A DNA stretch of 64,000 bases from Thermoanaerobaculia bacterium (GTDB taxonomy: Bacteria; Acidobacteriota; Thermoanaerobaculia; UBA5066). Below are positions 9,109 to 18,136 of this stretch, one piece after another. Under the pieces are notes generated by a model. The model ran no database searches, was not told where the DNA came from, and saw only the letters and a program-made list of their open reading frames with translations. Each line of letters opens with the position of its first letter. Within the stretch, counting starts at the first letter, position 1. The stretch spans positions 1,920,001-1,984,000 of the forward strand of contig CAVRAY010000001.1 in assembly GCA_963719225.1 (NCBI GenBank), given 5' to 3'. Both the position numbers and the translations under genes were made by a program.

Positions 9109-11226
9109 TTACGGGACCCACTCGAACGTCCGGCTGAGCGTGCGCATGCGGCCGTCGGCCGCGCGGAAGACGACGTGGAGGTCGTGCGCGCCGTCGTCGC
9201 CGGAAAGGATCGGGAACCGCGCCTCGTAGCCGGCTTCCGCGCAATTCCCGAGCGCCGGCAGGACGGCGGCGACGTCCGGACGCGGCGTCCTCGTGAAGGA
9301 CAGGGCCGCGCGCCGGTCGCGGTCGATACGGATCTCGACGATCTCCCCTGGAGCGCCGGGCGTCTGGCTCCAGCCGCGCACCCTCAGCTCGCCGTGCACG
9401 ATCTGGGCGCCGGGCGGCTCGTCGATCGAAGCCGGAAACTGGGCGTCTTCGAATCGTCCGATTCGCGGCGCCACCGCGACATGCTCGAGAAAAAGCGCTT
9501 TGTCCTTTTCCGCGGCTCCAACGTCCGCCGCAAGCGCCGGGGACGTGGATGGGTTGCGGAGAAAGAAGACCCAGTCGTCGCCTCCCCGATGTTCGAACCG
9601 ATGAGGCCCCTCGAGAGCGCCTGCCCGAAGCCCCGCCGCAACGAGCTCCATCGTGGGTCTGATGCGCTCGAGGGGAAGAGCGTGCTCGTGAACGACGAGA
9701 GTGCCCACGGGCCATTCCGCGAGGAGAACGAGCGTCGACCCGGGAATGTCCTCCGAAGAAAGAATGGCGGCGAGCTCCTGGTTTCGACGGGGCAGGTAGC
9801 TCGCGTAGCCGTTCACGATCGGCTTGAAGTGCGCGAGGCTGGCGAACGTCCAGCGCACGTCGCCCGGCGCGTGATAGAGGGGTAGATGGAGGATCGGGCC
9901 GCCGGTGTCCGACCGGGCAAGGAACGCTTCGACCGGCGGATGGGGGAGCTCGGGCCGGAAGCCGAATCGGACCGTCTGGCGCACGTCGGCCGTGATCCCG
10001 ACCGCGAGCGCCACGCCCAGGAGAGCCCGTGCGCTCCGCGAACGGGTCCATTCGAGCAGCGCCGCACAGCCGGCCGCCGCAAGGAGCCCGAACCCGATCT
10101 GGCTCAAACAGCCGAAGCGCGTGAAAGCCCGGATCCCCGAGAAGAGGAATGGAAGGACGATCTTCAGCACGGGCACGACCGGCCCCGCGGGGCCGAACGA
10201 ACCCAGGATGCCGAGACAAGTGAGAACGGCCCCCGAGGCGACGAGACCGCCGTTCCTCTTCGTGAAGAGGAACCCGAGGATTCCGGCGGCGCTCAGAACG
10301 AGCGCGGCGGTCCCGGGATAGAGGCTCCTCTCGGAATCGTTTCGCCATTTCAGGAAGGCCTGCCCGGGATTGAAGCTCGTCGTCGTCAACCAGTCCCGCG
10401 GGACGGCGGAATAGAGGCGGCTCTCGGGCTCGGCTCGCTTGAAGCCGTATTCCCGGCGGACCTCGAGCATGCGCGCTGCGAGAGGGGCGAGGAGGAAGGC
10501 CGACAGCACGAGAGCGCCGCCGAGCTTCGAGAGAAGCGCGACACGGCGCGTCTCCCTCCTGGTCGCAAGGTCGAGGATCACGATGACCAGGAGGGCGGCG
10601 AAACCGAACGCGAAGACGTGGAGTGAGAACCACCCGAGGGTGCCGATCGCCGTGCCGAGAGCGAAGGCGACGGACGAGCGGCCGGTTTCCCGAAGCCTCT
10701 TCCAGGCGAGGAGGACGAGGGCGATCCCGCCCCCCACGACGAACGAGACATATCCGAACGCGCACGCCGTCTCTGCACCGAGAGCGGCCGCGAAGGCCCC
10801 GAGAAGCGCGGGAAGGCGAGCGACCCCGTGCGAGATCGCGAGGCGCGAGATCGCCCAGGCGGAGAAGGCGACGCCGAGGAGGCAGAGCACGTTCGCCACG
10901 CCGGCAGGACTCAGGCCCGCCAGGCCGAGAGGGAGGCCGGCGAGGCCGTATCCGATGAGCGGCTCCGTGAAAGCGAGCGCGTTTCGGGCGGGGGCGAAGA
11001 AGTTCGCGTCGAAGACGTGAGCCGGCGCGTGGACGATCGCGTGCCCTACCCAGGCGATTTCCCACGCCTGGAACTGCGCGTCGTATGCATCTCGCAGGTG
11101 GGTGAGGAGGCGCGGGAGCGCCTGCCCGGCCCAGGCACCCGTCACGAGCAGACAGACGACAAAATCGAGGAAGGCGGCCCAGCCCGGGGCTCCCCCCGGG
11201 CGTTCGCGCCGGGGGGTCTCGGGCAT
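9109..11226 (-). CDS. Polytopic GT-C/YfhO-like membrane glycosyltransferase candidate with C-terminal Ig-like domain
   Basis: W...W..HA, FAP.RNALAFTE, SLYPG, IRAFTRF and HFKPIVNGYASY motifs, many TM helices, C-terminal VRGW..RPDVAA..AGY module. Confidence 0.6.
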   Translation of the reverse strand: MPETPRRERPGGAPGWAAFLDFVVCLLVTGAWAGQALPRLLTHLRDAYDAQFQAWEIAWVGHAIVHAPAHVFDANFFAPARNALAFTEPLIGYGLAGLPLGLAGLSPAGVANVLCLLGVAFSAWAISRLAISHGVARLPALLGAFAAALGAETACAFGYVSFVVGGGIALVLLAWKRLRETGRSSVAFALGTAIGTLGWFSLHVFAFGFAALLVIVILDLATRRETRRVALLSKLGGALVLSAFLLAPLAARMLEVRREYGFKRAEPESRLYSAVPRDWLTTTSFNPGQAFLKWRNDSERSLYPGTAALVLSAAGILGFLFTKRNGGLVASGAVLTCLGILGSFGPAGPVVPVLKIVLPFLFSGIRAFTRFGCLSQIGFGLLAAAGCAALLEWTRSRSARALLGVALAVGITADVRQTVRFGFRPELPHPPVEAFLARSDTGGPILHLPLYHAPGDVRWTFASLAHFKPIVNGYASYLPRRNQELAAILSSEDIPGSTLVLLAEWPVGTLVVHEHALPLERIRPTMELVAAGLRAGALEGPHRFEHRGGDDWVFFLRNPSTSPALAADVGAAEKDKALFLEHVAVAPRIGRFEDAQFPASIDEPPGAQIVHGELRVRGWSQTPGAPGEIVEIRIDRDRRAALSFTRTPRPDVAAVLPALGNCAEAGYEARFPILSGDDGAHDLHVVFRAADGRMRTLSRTFEWVP

Positions 11227-11245
11227 CACCTGCGGTTCTCTCGGA

Positions 11246-14044
11246 TCACTCGGGAATCTGGATCGCGGCGACCGGCACGGTCTTCGCCGCGTTCTGTCCT
11301 TTCGCCGTCTTCGGCGTGTCGGCCCTCGCGAAGGGACGCGGGGCGCCCGCGGGGCGGTCGTCGTGTAGGACCATCTCGTTCGGCGGGACGGCTCCCTTGT
11401 ATTCGTAGCCTTTCGGACCGATCTCGGCGATCCACGGCGGCACAGACGATTTCGCCGGGACGGGCTCGTCGTGGACGTGGACCGGAAGCGACTCGCGGTT
11501 GTCGTACGGGTGCGCCCTGCGGTAATCGGCAAGGACGGCGCGGGAAGCCTCGTCGTCCTTGAAGAAGCGGTACCACTTCTCCTCGGCCGCAGCTTCCTCG
11601 GCGCGGCCGAGCGCCTTCAGACAGAGCATGGCGTTGTAGTGCGCCGCGAGGTCCTCGCCGTCGATCGCGAGGACCCGGTCGATGAAAGGCAGCGCGTCCG
11701 AATAGCGGCCGGCGAGGTAGAGCACGCGCGCCTTCTGGTTCAGGACGAACCGGTCCTTCGGGTACTTCGCAAGCACGCGCTCGAGATCCGCCAGCGCGTC
11801 GTCGAGGCGACCCTCTTCCTTCGACACGAGCGACCGGAAGACCTGCGTCTTTCCCCAGTTCGGCCGCCTCTTCTCGGACTCCGCGAGCGCGGCCTTGGCG
11901 GCCGGGAGATCGCCCTCCCGCAGCTTCGCGCGCGCGAGGTTGAGGGGGCCGTCCGGCTTTTCGGCGGCGATCTCGGCCACGCGGGAGAACGCGTACGAGG
12001 CGCCCTTGAGGTCGCCCTGGAGGAAGAGGCCGATACCGTAGTCGTTCCAACGAATCCACTGCCTTTCAGGCCAGTCGGGGTTGCCGCGCTTGACGTCTTT
12101 CGCGAGCGTTCCCTCGGGGGCCGGCGCGACGGGCAGCGTCACGCTGTCGCTCGAGATCGCCGTGACGGGGAGCTCGACGGCGTTCGGACCGCCCACGAAG
12201 ATCGAGTAGTCGCGCGAGAACTTGCGGTAATTGAGCGCGGCGGAGAGGGTCACGGACCCCTTCGCGTCCTTCGGCACCGTGAAGCGGTAGTGCACCGCAC
12301 GAGCCGCGCCCGGCGGGATGAAGTTGTTGAAGAGCGGGACGTGGATGTCCTGCGGCTGGCGACGGTCCATGGCCGATCCGTCGTGAGCAATGACGAGCTG
12401 GGAGATCTTGTCCGCGGCAGGATCGAGGCGCTTGTCCTGATCGAGCGTGCCGGACGTCATCAGCGCGCGCGCGCCCTCGTCGGCGTGGAACTCCACCCAC
12501 GTCTCGTTCGAATCCGCCGTGCCGTTCGTGTAGGGGTGCCCGACCGTGCGCGTCCTCACGACGACCTCGACGTCCACGGCTTCGCCGGGCTTCAGAGCGG
12601 GCAGCGTCGGGCCGAGCGGGACGATGGCGCCGCCCCGGCGGATGCCGAAGATGTCGATCGAGAGCGAGCCGAGCAGGATCTTCTTCCGGATGTCCTCGAT
12701 CGTGTCCTTCTCGCCGCGGAATGCCGGAAGCGCCGTGTTCGCCGCAGGGAAGAGGTGGTCGTGGAGCTTGCCGTCGCGGTTGCCGAACTCCTGGGAGGCG
12801 ACGAGCGGGAGGTGGCAGTCGCGGCAGGCCTTCGTCTGCGGCGGGTCGTAGAAGGAGCGGACGGCGACGCCCGAGACCCCCGAGTCGAACCAGCTGTCGT
12901 AGTGGTTCTGGCCGCGCAGCCAGTGGTAGTCGTTGAGGGGCGGCAGGAGGCCGACCTTGTGGCACGTCGCGCAGAACTCCGGCGTCCGCATGAACGGCTT
13001 CATGAAGGTCTCGCGGTGGAGAGAGGGCTCCATGCGAATGAGGAGCTTGTTGACTTCCTTGAGCGTCTTGCTCTTCGCGAACGCGAAGGGGTATTGCTTG
13101 CTCTCCTCCACGACGTAGCCGCCGTTGCCGCGGACGTCCTTCAGCTCGGCGATCGAGTGGCACGCCATGCACGCGAGCCCCTGCTGCGCCTCGAACTGGT
13201 CGTACGAGAAGGAGGCCATCGTGGCCTTGCCCATCTGGCCCGTGAAGAGGACGACGGGATCGTGGCAGCCGGCGCACCACTTCGTCTTCTCGCGGCCGAC
13301 GCGGTCGGCCATCAGCTCGACGGAGCGGCGGTAGAACGGGTTGTTGAAGGACGAGAAGCGGTGAGCGCCCTTCTCCCAGCGCTTGAACGAGTCGGGGTGG
13401 CACTCCTGGCAATACTGGTTCGCGGCGAACTTCTTTCCGTCGAGGAGGCCCTGGTCGAACGTCTCGGCGGACGAGAGGAAGAACTGGGTGTCGCCGTTCT
13501 TGTTCACGATGCGCTGCGGGGGCTTTTCGAGCTTGTGGAGGATCGCCATGCCTGCGAGGAAGGCCGCCACCGCGCCGCCCCACTGGAAGAGCCGCTTGAA
13601 GTGAAGCTTGTGGACGGCCGCTCGGCGGTGAAGGATGAACGCGATCAGAGCGAGCGGAATCGCGCAGACGTGCGCGACGTAAACGGGACGGTGCGTGAGC
13701 GTCGCGCCCTGGAGGGCCATGTAGACGCCCGTCGAGATGCACGTGAGCGCGAGCGTGACGATCGTGATGCCGGCCGCCTTCGCCTTCCGGTTCCGGATGT
13801 TCGCGAGCATGCGCGGGCCGTGCGTGAACGCGAAGACGAGGAAGGGAATCGCGATGAGCACGCCGAGGACGAGGTGCATGAGGAGCATCCCCATGTAGAA
13901 CGACGAGATCTTCGTGAACGACACGAGGTAGATCGAGTTCGCGGCCATGAGCCCGAGCGGGATGAGCAGCAGCCCGTAGAGCCTTCTCTGCCACGGATGA
14001 AGAACGCCTTTTGCCCGGACCGCGCCTTCGTTTTTCATGCTCAT
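11246..14044 (-). CDS. Membrane-anchored multiheme c-type cytochrome with C-terminal TPR repeats
   Basis: About five N-terminal TM helices, five CxxCH motifs (CQECH, CAGCH, CMACH, CATCH, CRDCH), TPR region starting at WNDYGIGL. Confidence 0.85.
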   Translation of the reverse strand: MSMKNEGAVRAKGVLHPWQRRLYGLLLIPLGLMAANSIYLVSFTKISSFYMGMLLMHLVLGVLIAIPFLVFAFTHGPRMLANIRNRKAKAAGITIVTLALTCISTGVYMALQGATLTHRPVYVAHVCAIPLALIAFILHRRAAVHKLHFKRLFQWGGAVAAFLAGMAILHKLEKPPQRIVNKNGDTQFFLSSAETFDQGLLDGKKFAANQYCQECHPDSFKRWEKGAHRFSSFNNPFYRRSVELMADRVGREKTKWCAGCHDPVVLFTGQMGKATMASFSYDQFEAQQGLACMACHSIAELKDVRGNGGYVVEESKQYPFAFAKSKTLKEVNKLLIRMEPSLHRETFMKPFMRTPEFCATCHKVGLLPPLNDYHWLRGQNHYDSWFDSGVSGVAVRSFYDPPQTKACRDCHLPLVASQEFGNRDGKLHDHLFPAANTALPAFRGEKDTIEDIRKKILLGSLSIDIFGIRRGGAIVPLGPTLPALKPGEAVDVEVVVRTRTVGHPYTNGTADSNETWVEFHADEGARALMTSGTLDQDKRLDPAADKISQLVIAHDGSAMDRRQPQDIHVPLFNNFIPPGAARAVHYRFTVPKDAKGSVTLSAALNYRKFSRDYSIFVGGPNAVELPVTAISSDSVTLPVAPAPEGTLAKDVKRGNPDWPERQWIRWNDYGIGLFLQGDLKGASYAFSRVAEIAAEKPDGPLNLARAKLREGDLPAAKAALAESEKRRPNWGKTQVFRSLVSKEEGRLDDALADLERVLAKYPKDRFVLNQKARVLYLAGRYSDALPFIDRVLAIDGEDLAAHYNAMLCLKALGRAEEAAAEEKWYRFFKDDEASRAVLADYRRAHPYDNRESLPVHVHDEPVPAKSSVPPWIAEIGPKGYEYKGAVPPNEMVLHDDRPAGAPRPFARADTPKTAKGQNAAKTVPVAAIQIPE

Positions 14045-14078
14045 GATACGGATTCTAAATCGCTCGGAAACGTACGCG

Positions 14079-14777
14079 TCAACGTGCTCCGAGCTCGCCC
14101 GCCAGCCACTCGGCGGCGTCGCGGTAGGCCTCGCGGGGGAGGCGCCCGTCGACGTCCGGGGCATAGAGCTTCTCGATCACTCCATCGGAGGAAATATTTG
14201 CTTCGGACCCGAGCAATGCCTCCAGCAGCACTCTTCGGGGTGCGCTGTCGAAGAATTTCCTAGAAGGGGAAGAGGGGGAGGGAAAGCCCGCGGGGTCGGG
14301 CGTTCTGCTTTGCAAAATCGCTACGGCGGCGGGAGCCGCGTCGGCCCCCATCCACTTTCTAAGAAAATCCCCCGTGGGTTCCACGAGAAGCCAGCCCGTT
14401 GGCGCGCCCTTGCTCTCTGCACGGGTCCGAAGCAAATCTTCCCTCGGCGGCTCTTTCGGCGCGTTCTCGAAAAGCAGAACGACGAACCCGCGCTCCGCGA
14501 GGGGCCCGAGGATCCGATCCTTCGGGCACGCCCTTGCGCCCGGCGCCGCGCAGACGACGACGATGGAAGGGCGGCCGGCAGCCGCGACGCGCTTTCGCTT
14601 GTCCGGATAGACGGAGCCGGGGAGCAGGGCGGCGTAGAGCTTCGGAACGTAGAGGCGCGCCCAGTCGCCGTTCGAAGAGATCTTCTCGGTCCGCTGCCAA
14701 AGGGACGACGCGCAGCCCGTCAGGCCGAAGGCCAGAAGCGCGACGAGGAAACAACGGGCGGCGGCAAAGTCTTTCAA
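14079..14777 (-). CDS. Hypothetical lipoprotein
   Basis: TTG 14777 overlaps the addA stop, lipobox LTGC follows a hydrophobic stretch. This is the 3' part of ORF 14079..16163. Confidence 0.55.
   Translation of the reverse strand: MKDFAAARCFLVALLAFGLTGCASSLWQRTEKISSNGDWARLYVPKLYAALLPGSVYPDKRKRVAAAGRPSIVVVCAAPGARACPKDRILGPLAERGFVVLLFENAPKEPPREDLLRTRAESKGAPTGWLLVEPTGDFLRKWMGADAAPAAVAILQSRTPDPAGFPSPSSPSRKFFDSAPRRVLLEALLGSEANISSDGVIEKLYAPDVDGRLPREAYRDAAEWLAGELGAR
14250..14370. repeat. Inverted pair of TTCTTAGAA motif inside the lipoprotein CDS
   Basis: AAGAATTTCCTAGAAGG (14257-14265) and CTTTCTAAGAAAATCC (14357-14365). Confidence 0.75.
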
Positions 14778-17700
14778 TCTTCTTCGAATGGTAAGGAGGC
14801 CTGGACGGGACGCCGGCCCTGCGCCTGCGACGCGCCCGCTTCGGGCTCCGCCGCTCTCTCTACCCCCTTCAAAGAATCTCTTTCTTTCTCCCCCCTCGAC
14901 GTATCTCGGCTTCGTCCTTCCTCCAGCCACTGCAGATGTCCGTTGTCCATGAAATAGAGCCCCGCCACGGCGCGCTGTTTCGTGAGCGCCTCCCACGCCT
15001 TGCGGTAATGCTCGATCTGCGGCGCGTAGTGAGCGACGAGGGCGTCGAGGTTGTCGCCGACGACGTCGGATTTCCAGTCCACGATGTGCCAGATCCCGTC
15101 CTCTTCGAAGACGAGGTCGATCGCGCCCTTGAGGAGCGTCTCCTCCGGCCCGCCCGAGACTCCGAGCTCGGCCGATGGAACCATCATGGCGAAAGGCGCC
15201 TCGACGAACCTGCGTTTCGCCGCGAGGGCCCGCGCCCAGAGCGGCGACGTCGTGACCGAGTCGGCCACGCGGAGCACCTCGTCGAGAAACGCCGATCCGA
15301 GCTCCTCCTCGCGCAGGAGGTTCTGCGCGACGGGGCGCAGCGAGAGGCCGGGCGTTCGCATCGCCGCCTCGAGGAGCTGGTGCAGAACGCGTCCCCAGGC
15401 GGTGCCGCGGGCGTTCTCGGCTGCGGCCGGCGCGCGCGGGCCTTCCTTCTTCGCGAGCGCGGTGACGGGCGCCACGACGAACGAAGGAGTCGCGGCGCTC
15501 AGACGCCCCTCGGCGATCCTCTTTCGGGCCCCGGCGAGCTCCGCCGCGAGCGGCGGAGTCTTCGCGGGAGCGAAAGGCCGAAGCTCGGCGATCGCGGGCG
15601 GAAGTTCCTTCAACCCGGACCTCAGAGGCGCCCATGCTCCGCTTTCCGGCTTGTCCTCCCGGAGGCTCACGACCAGCGTGTCGCGGGCCCGTGTCGCAGC
15701 GACGTAGAGGAGTCGCGTCCTCTCGGCCTCCTCGAAGGCGATCTCGTCGTTCTTGCGGCTCTCCCAGTCGGGAGGAGTCGCTGTCGCGGCCCACTGATTC
15801 GGCCGCATCCAGTATCCCGCCGTGAACCAGCCGCGCGATCCCGCGGCGCCGCGCGCGACGTGGCGCCTGGGCTCGGGCTTCCTCCAGACACTGAGCTCGG
15901 CGAGGACCACGATGGGGGCCTCGAGGCCCTTGGCCCGGTGGAGGTTCATGAGTCGGACGGCGTCCGCGTCGACGGGCTCGACGCTCATCTCCTCGAGATC
16001 GAGGGAGGGCGCGTCCTCGGCGAGCCGCTGTACGACGTCCCGGAACGAATGCCCTTCGCTCGTCAGCCGCCGCGCGAGCGCCAGTACTTTCAGGAGGTTG
16101 CCGCTGGCGGTTCGTCCTTCGGGCCCTGCGGCGAGCCGTGCGACGAGGCCGAGCCTGTCGCACGTGAGGGCGAGAGCGGCGCCGGCCGGATGCACGTTCA
16201 CGTCCTTCCGCGCTCTTGCGAGGAGGCCGAGGCCGCGGGAGATCCTCGGGTCCGTTCCCGGCGGAGGGTCGACGAGATAGGAGAAGCGCCCGCCGGCCCG
16301 ATGGAATTCGTAGAGCGCTTCGTCGTCGACGCCCGAGAGAGGGCCCGAGAGGAACGCGACGATCGAGACGTCGTCATCCGGATCCTGGATCGCCGCGAGG
16401 AACGGCCGCAGCACCGCGAGCCCTTTCGAGATCGGGAGCGCCCGGCTTCCCGACACGTCCACCGGTATTCCGAGCGCCTCGAACGCCCGTGCATAGACGT
16501 CGAGGTGTTCACGCGTCCGCGTCAGGACCAGGAAGTCACCGAAACGCGCGGCGCGTTCGGGCCCGTCGGATGAGACCGGCCATTTGTGGTCGACTGCTCC
16601 CCGGACGAAGCTCGCGACGTCGGAGGCATTGGCACATGCGAGCTCTTCGGCGCTGGCGCCGGCGCGCGTGAGGAGGCGAAACGCTCCGGACCTCTCCGAC
16701 CGGTCGTCTCGCACGGGTTCGAGGGGAGAGAAGGCAGCCTGGCGGTCGTCGGCGACCGCCGGAAACCGGCTTCGAAACCAGGCATTCGCCGGATCCGTGA
16801 GAGCTCGGACGGCCCGGAAGTTCGCGTCGAGCCGGACGATGCGTCCGCCGGACGCGACGAGCGTGCGGCGAAAATTCATGTATGCCGCGATGTCCGCGCG
16901 CCGGAAGCGATAGATCGACTGCTTGGGATCGCCCACGACGAAGAGCGATCCGGCCCTGGGCTTCAGACGCGACACGTCCTTCTCGTCCAGGTCGTCGCTC
17001 GTCAGGTAAAGGAGGATCTCTGCCTGCAGCGGATCGGTGTCCTGGAACTCGTCGACGAGGAGGTGCGTGAAGCGCGTCGTGAACGCCCGCCGAACCGCGG
17101 GGAAGTCCCGCAGGAGGTCGCGTGTCGCGAGAAGCAGGTCCGCATACGTGAACGGCCCGTTACCGGCGCGCCGCGACGCGAGATGCGCCAGCCCCGGCCG
17201 GAGCACGGCATAGATCCGCTCGTGCAGCGCGAGCTGCCACTCCGCGAGCGCAGGCTTGATGACGTCCTGGCGAAGAGCCTCGAACTCCTTGCCGAGGCTT
17301 CTCGCCAGTTCCTTGTCGGGCCATTTGTACAGGGTCGCACCGCCGGCCGGACGAAGAATTCTTAGAAGGCGGGCGAAGCCAGGCGGCGTCGCGTATTCGG
17401 GAAGCTCTCGCAGATTTCGCGCTTCGAGCAGCCGCGCCTGCAGGTCGTCGCGACCCGCCGCGCCGGGCGCTTCCGGGACCAGCGGAATTACCCTTCTAAG
17501 AAAATCTTCAATCTTCCCTCGTATTTCCTCGAAGTCGGGCAGCGCGAGCGGATCGGCGACGACGGGGACGACGTCGGGGTATTCGGCGTAGAGCTCGAAG
17601 CTGTCCTCCAGCTCTCTCATCGTGACGCCGAGCGCGAAGAGGGAAGCGACGGGGCTCCGGGCGTCCGCAAGCGTGCCGACATACTCGCGGAACGTTCGAG

Positions 17701-18136
17701 CGCGAAAGAGCGCCGCCTCCTGCAGCTCGACCCGGAGCGCCGCGGGATCGATTCCGGCCTCGAGGGGACGCTCCGAGAGCAGGAGGGCGCAGAAGGAGTC
17801 GATCGTGCCGAGCGTGAGGCGATCGAGCGTCCCCCGTGCGTCGTCGAGACGCCTCTTGCGCGCGGGATCCCGCTCGCGCCGCGCGGCCGTTTCGAGAGCG
17901 CTCTGGAAACGGCGCCTCAGATGCGACGCGGCCTTTCGCGTGAACGTGACGGCCGCGAGGTTCTCGGGGTCCGCCTTTCCTTCCGCCAGGAGCGCGAGCA
18001 TCCGGTCGACGAGCATCGTCGTCTTGCCGGAGCCGGCGCCGGCCTCGACGAGGAGCGTCACGTCGAGCGAGGTACGGATCTCGTGACGAGCCGCCGCATC
18101 TGGAAGAATCGCCGCGTCTTCGCCCGCGAAGCCCAT
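14774..18136 (-). CDS. addA: AddA-like UvrD helicase/nuclease
   Basis: AGAGSGKT, VDEFQD, VGDPKQSIYRFR, HRAKGLE, RLLYVAATRA and C-terminal GAID..IVDWKS nuclease motif. ATG 18136 is coupled to the addB stop. Confidence 0.9.
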   Translation of the reverse strand: MGFAGEDAAILPDAAARHEIRTSLDVTLLVEAGAGSGKTTMLVDRMLALLAEGKADPENLAAVTFTRKAASHLRRRFQSALETAARRERDPARKRRLDDARGTLDRLTLGTIDSFCALLLSERPLEAGIDPAALRVELQEAALFRARTFREYVGTLADARSPVASLFALGVTMRELEDSFELYAEYPDVVPVVADPLALPDFEEIRGKIEDFLRRVIPLVPEAPGAAGRDDLQARLLEARNLRELPEYATPPGFARLLRILRPAGGATLYKWPDKELARSLGKEFEALRQDVIKPALAEWQLALHERIYAVLRPGLAHLASRRAGNGPFTYADLLLATRDLLRDFPAVRRAFTTRFTHLLVDEFQDTDPLQAEILLYLTSDDLDEKDVSRLKPRAGSLFVVGDPKQSIYRFRRADIAAYMNFRRTLVASGGRIVRLDANFRAVRALTDPANAWFRSRFPAVADDRQAAFSPLEPVRDDRSERSGAFRLLTRAGASAEELACANASDVASFVRGAVDHKWPVSSDGPERAARFGDFLVLTRTREHLDVYARAFEALGIPVDVSGSRALPISKGLAVLRPFLAAIQDPDDDVSIVAFLSGPLSGVDDEALYEFHRAGGRFSYLVDPPPGTDPRISRGLGLLARARKDVNVHPAGAALALTCDRLGLVARLAAGPEGRTASGNLLKVLALARRLTSEGHSFRDVVQRLAEDAPSLDLEEMSVEPVDADAVRLMNLHRAKGLEAPIVVLAELSVWRKPEPRRHVARGAAGSRGWFTAGYWMRPNQWAATATPPDWESRKNDEIAFEEAERTRLLYVAATRARDTLVVSLREDKPESGAWAPLRSGLKELPPAIAELRPFAPAKTPPLAAELAGARKRIAEGRLSAATPSFVVAPVTALAKKEGPRAPAAAENARGTAWGRVLHQLLEAAMRTPGLSLRPVAQNLLREEELGSAFLDEVLRVADSVTTSPLWARALAAKRRFVEAPFAMMVPSAELGVSGGPEETLLKGAIDLVFEEDGIWHIVDWKSDVVGDNLDALVAHYAPQIEHYRKAWEALTKQRAVAGLYFMDNGHLQWLEEGRSRDTSRGEKERDSLKGVERAAEPEAGASQAQGRRPVQASLPFEED
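17353..17520. repeat. Inverted pair of TTCTTAGAA motif inside addA
   Basis: GAAGAATTCTTAGAAGG (17359-17367) and TTACCCTTCTAAGAAAATCTTC (17494-17502). Confidence 0.8.
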
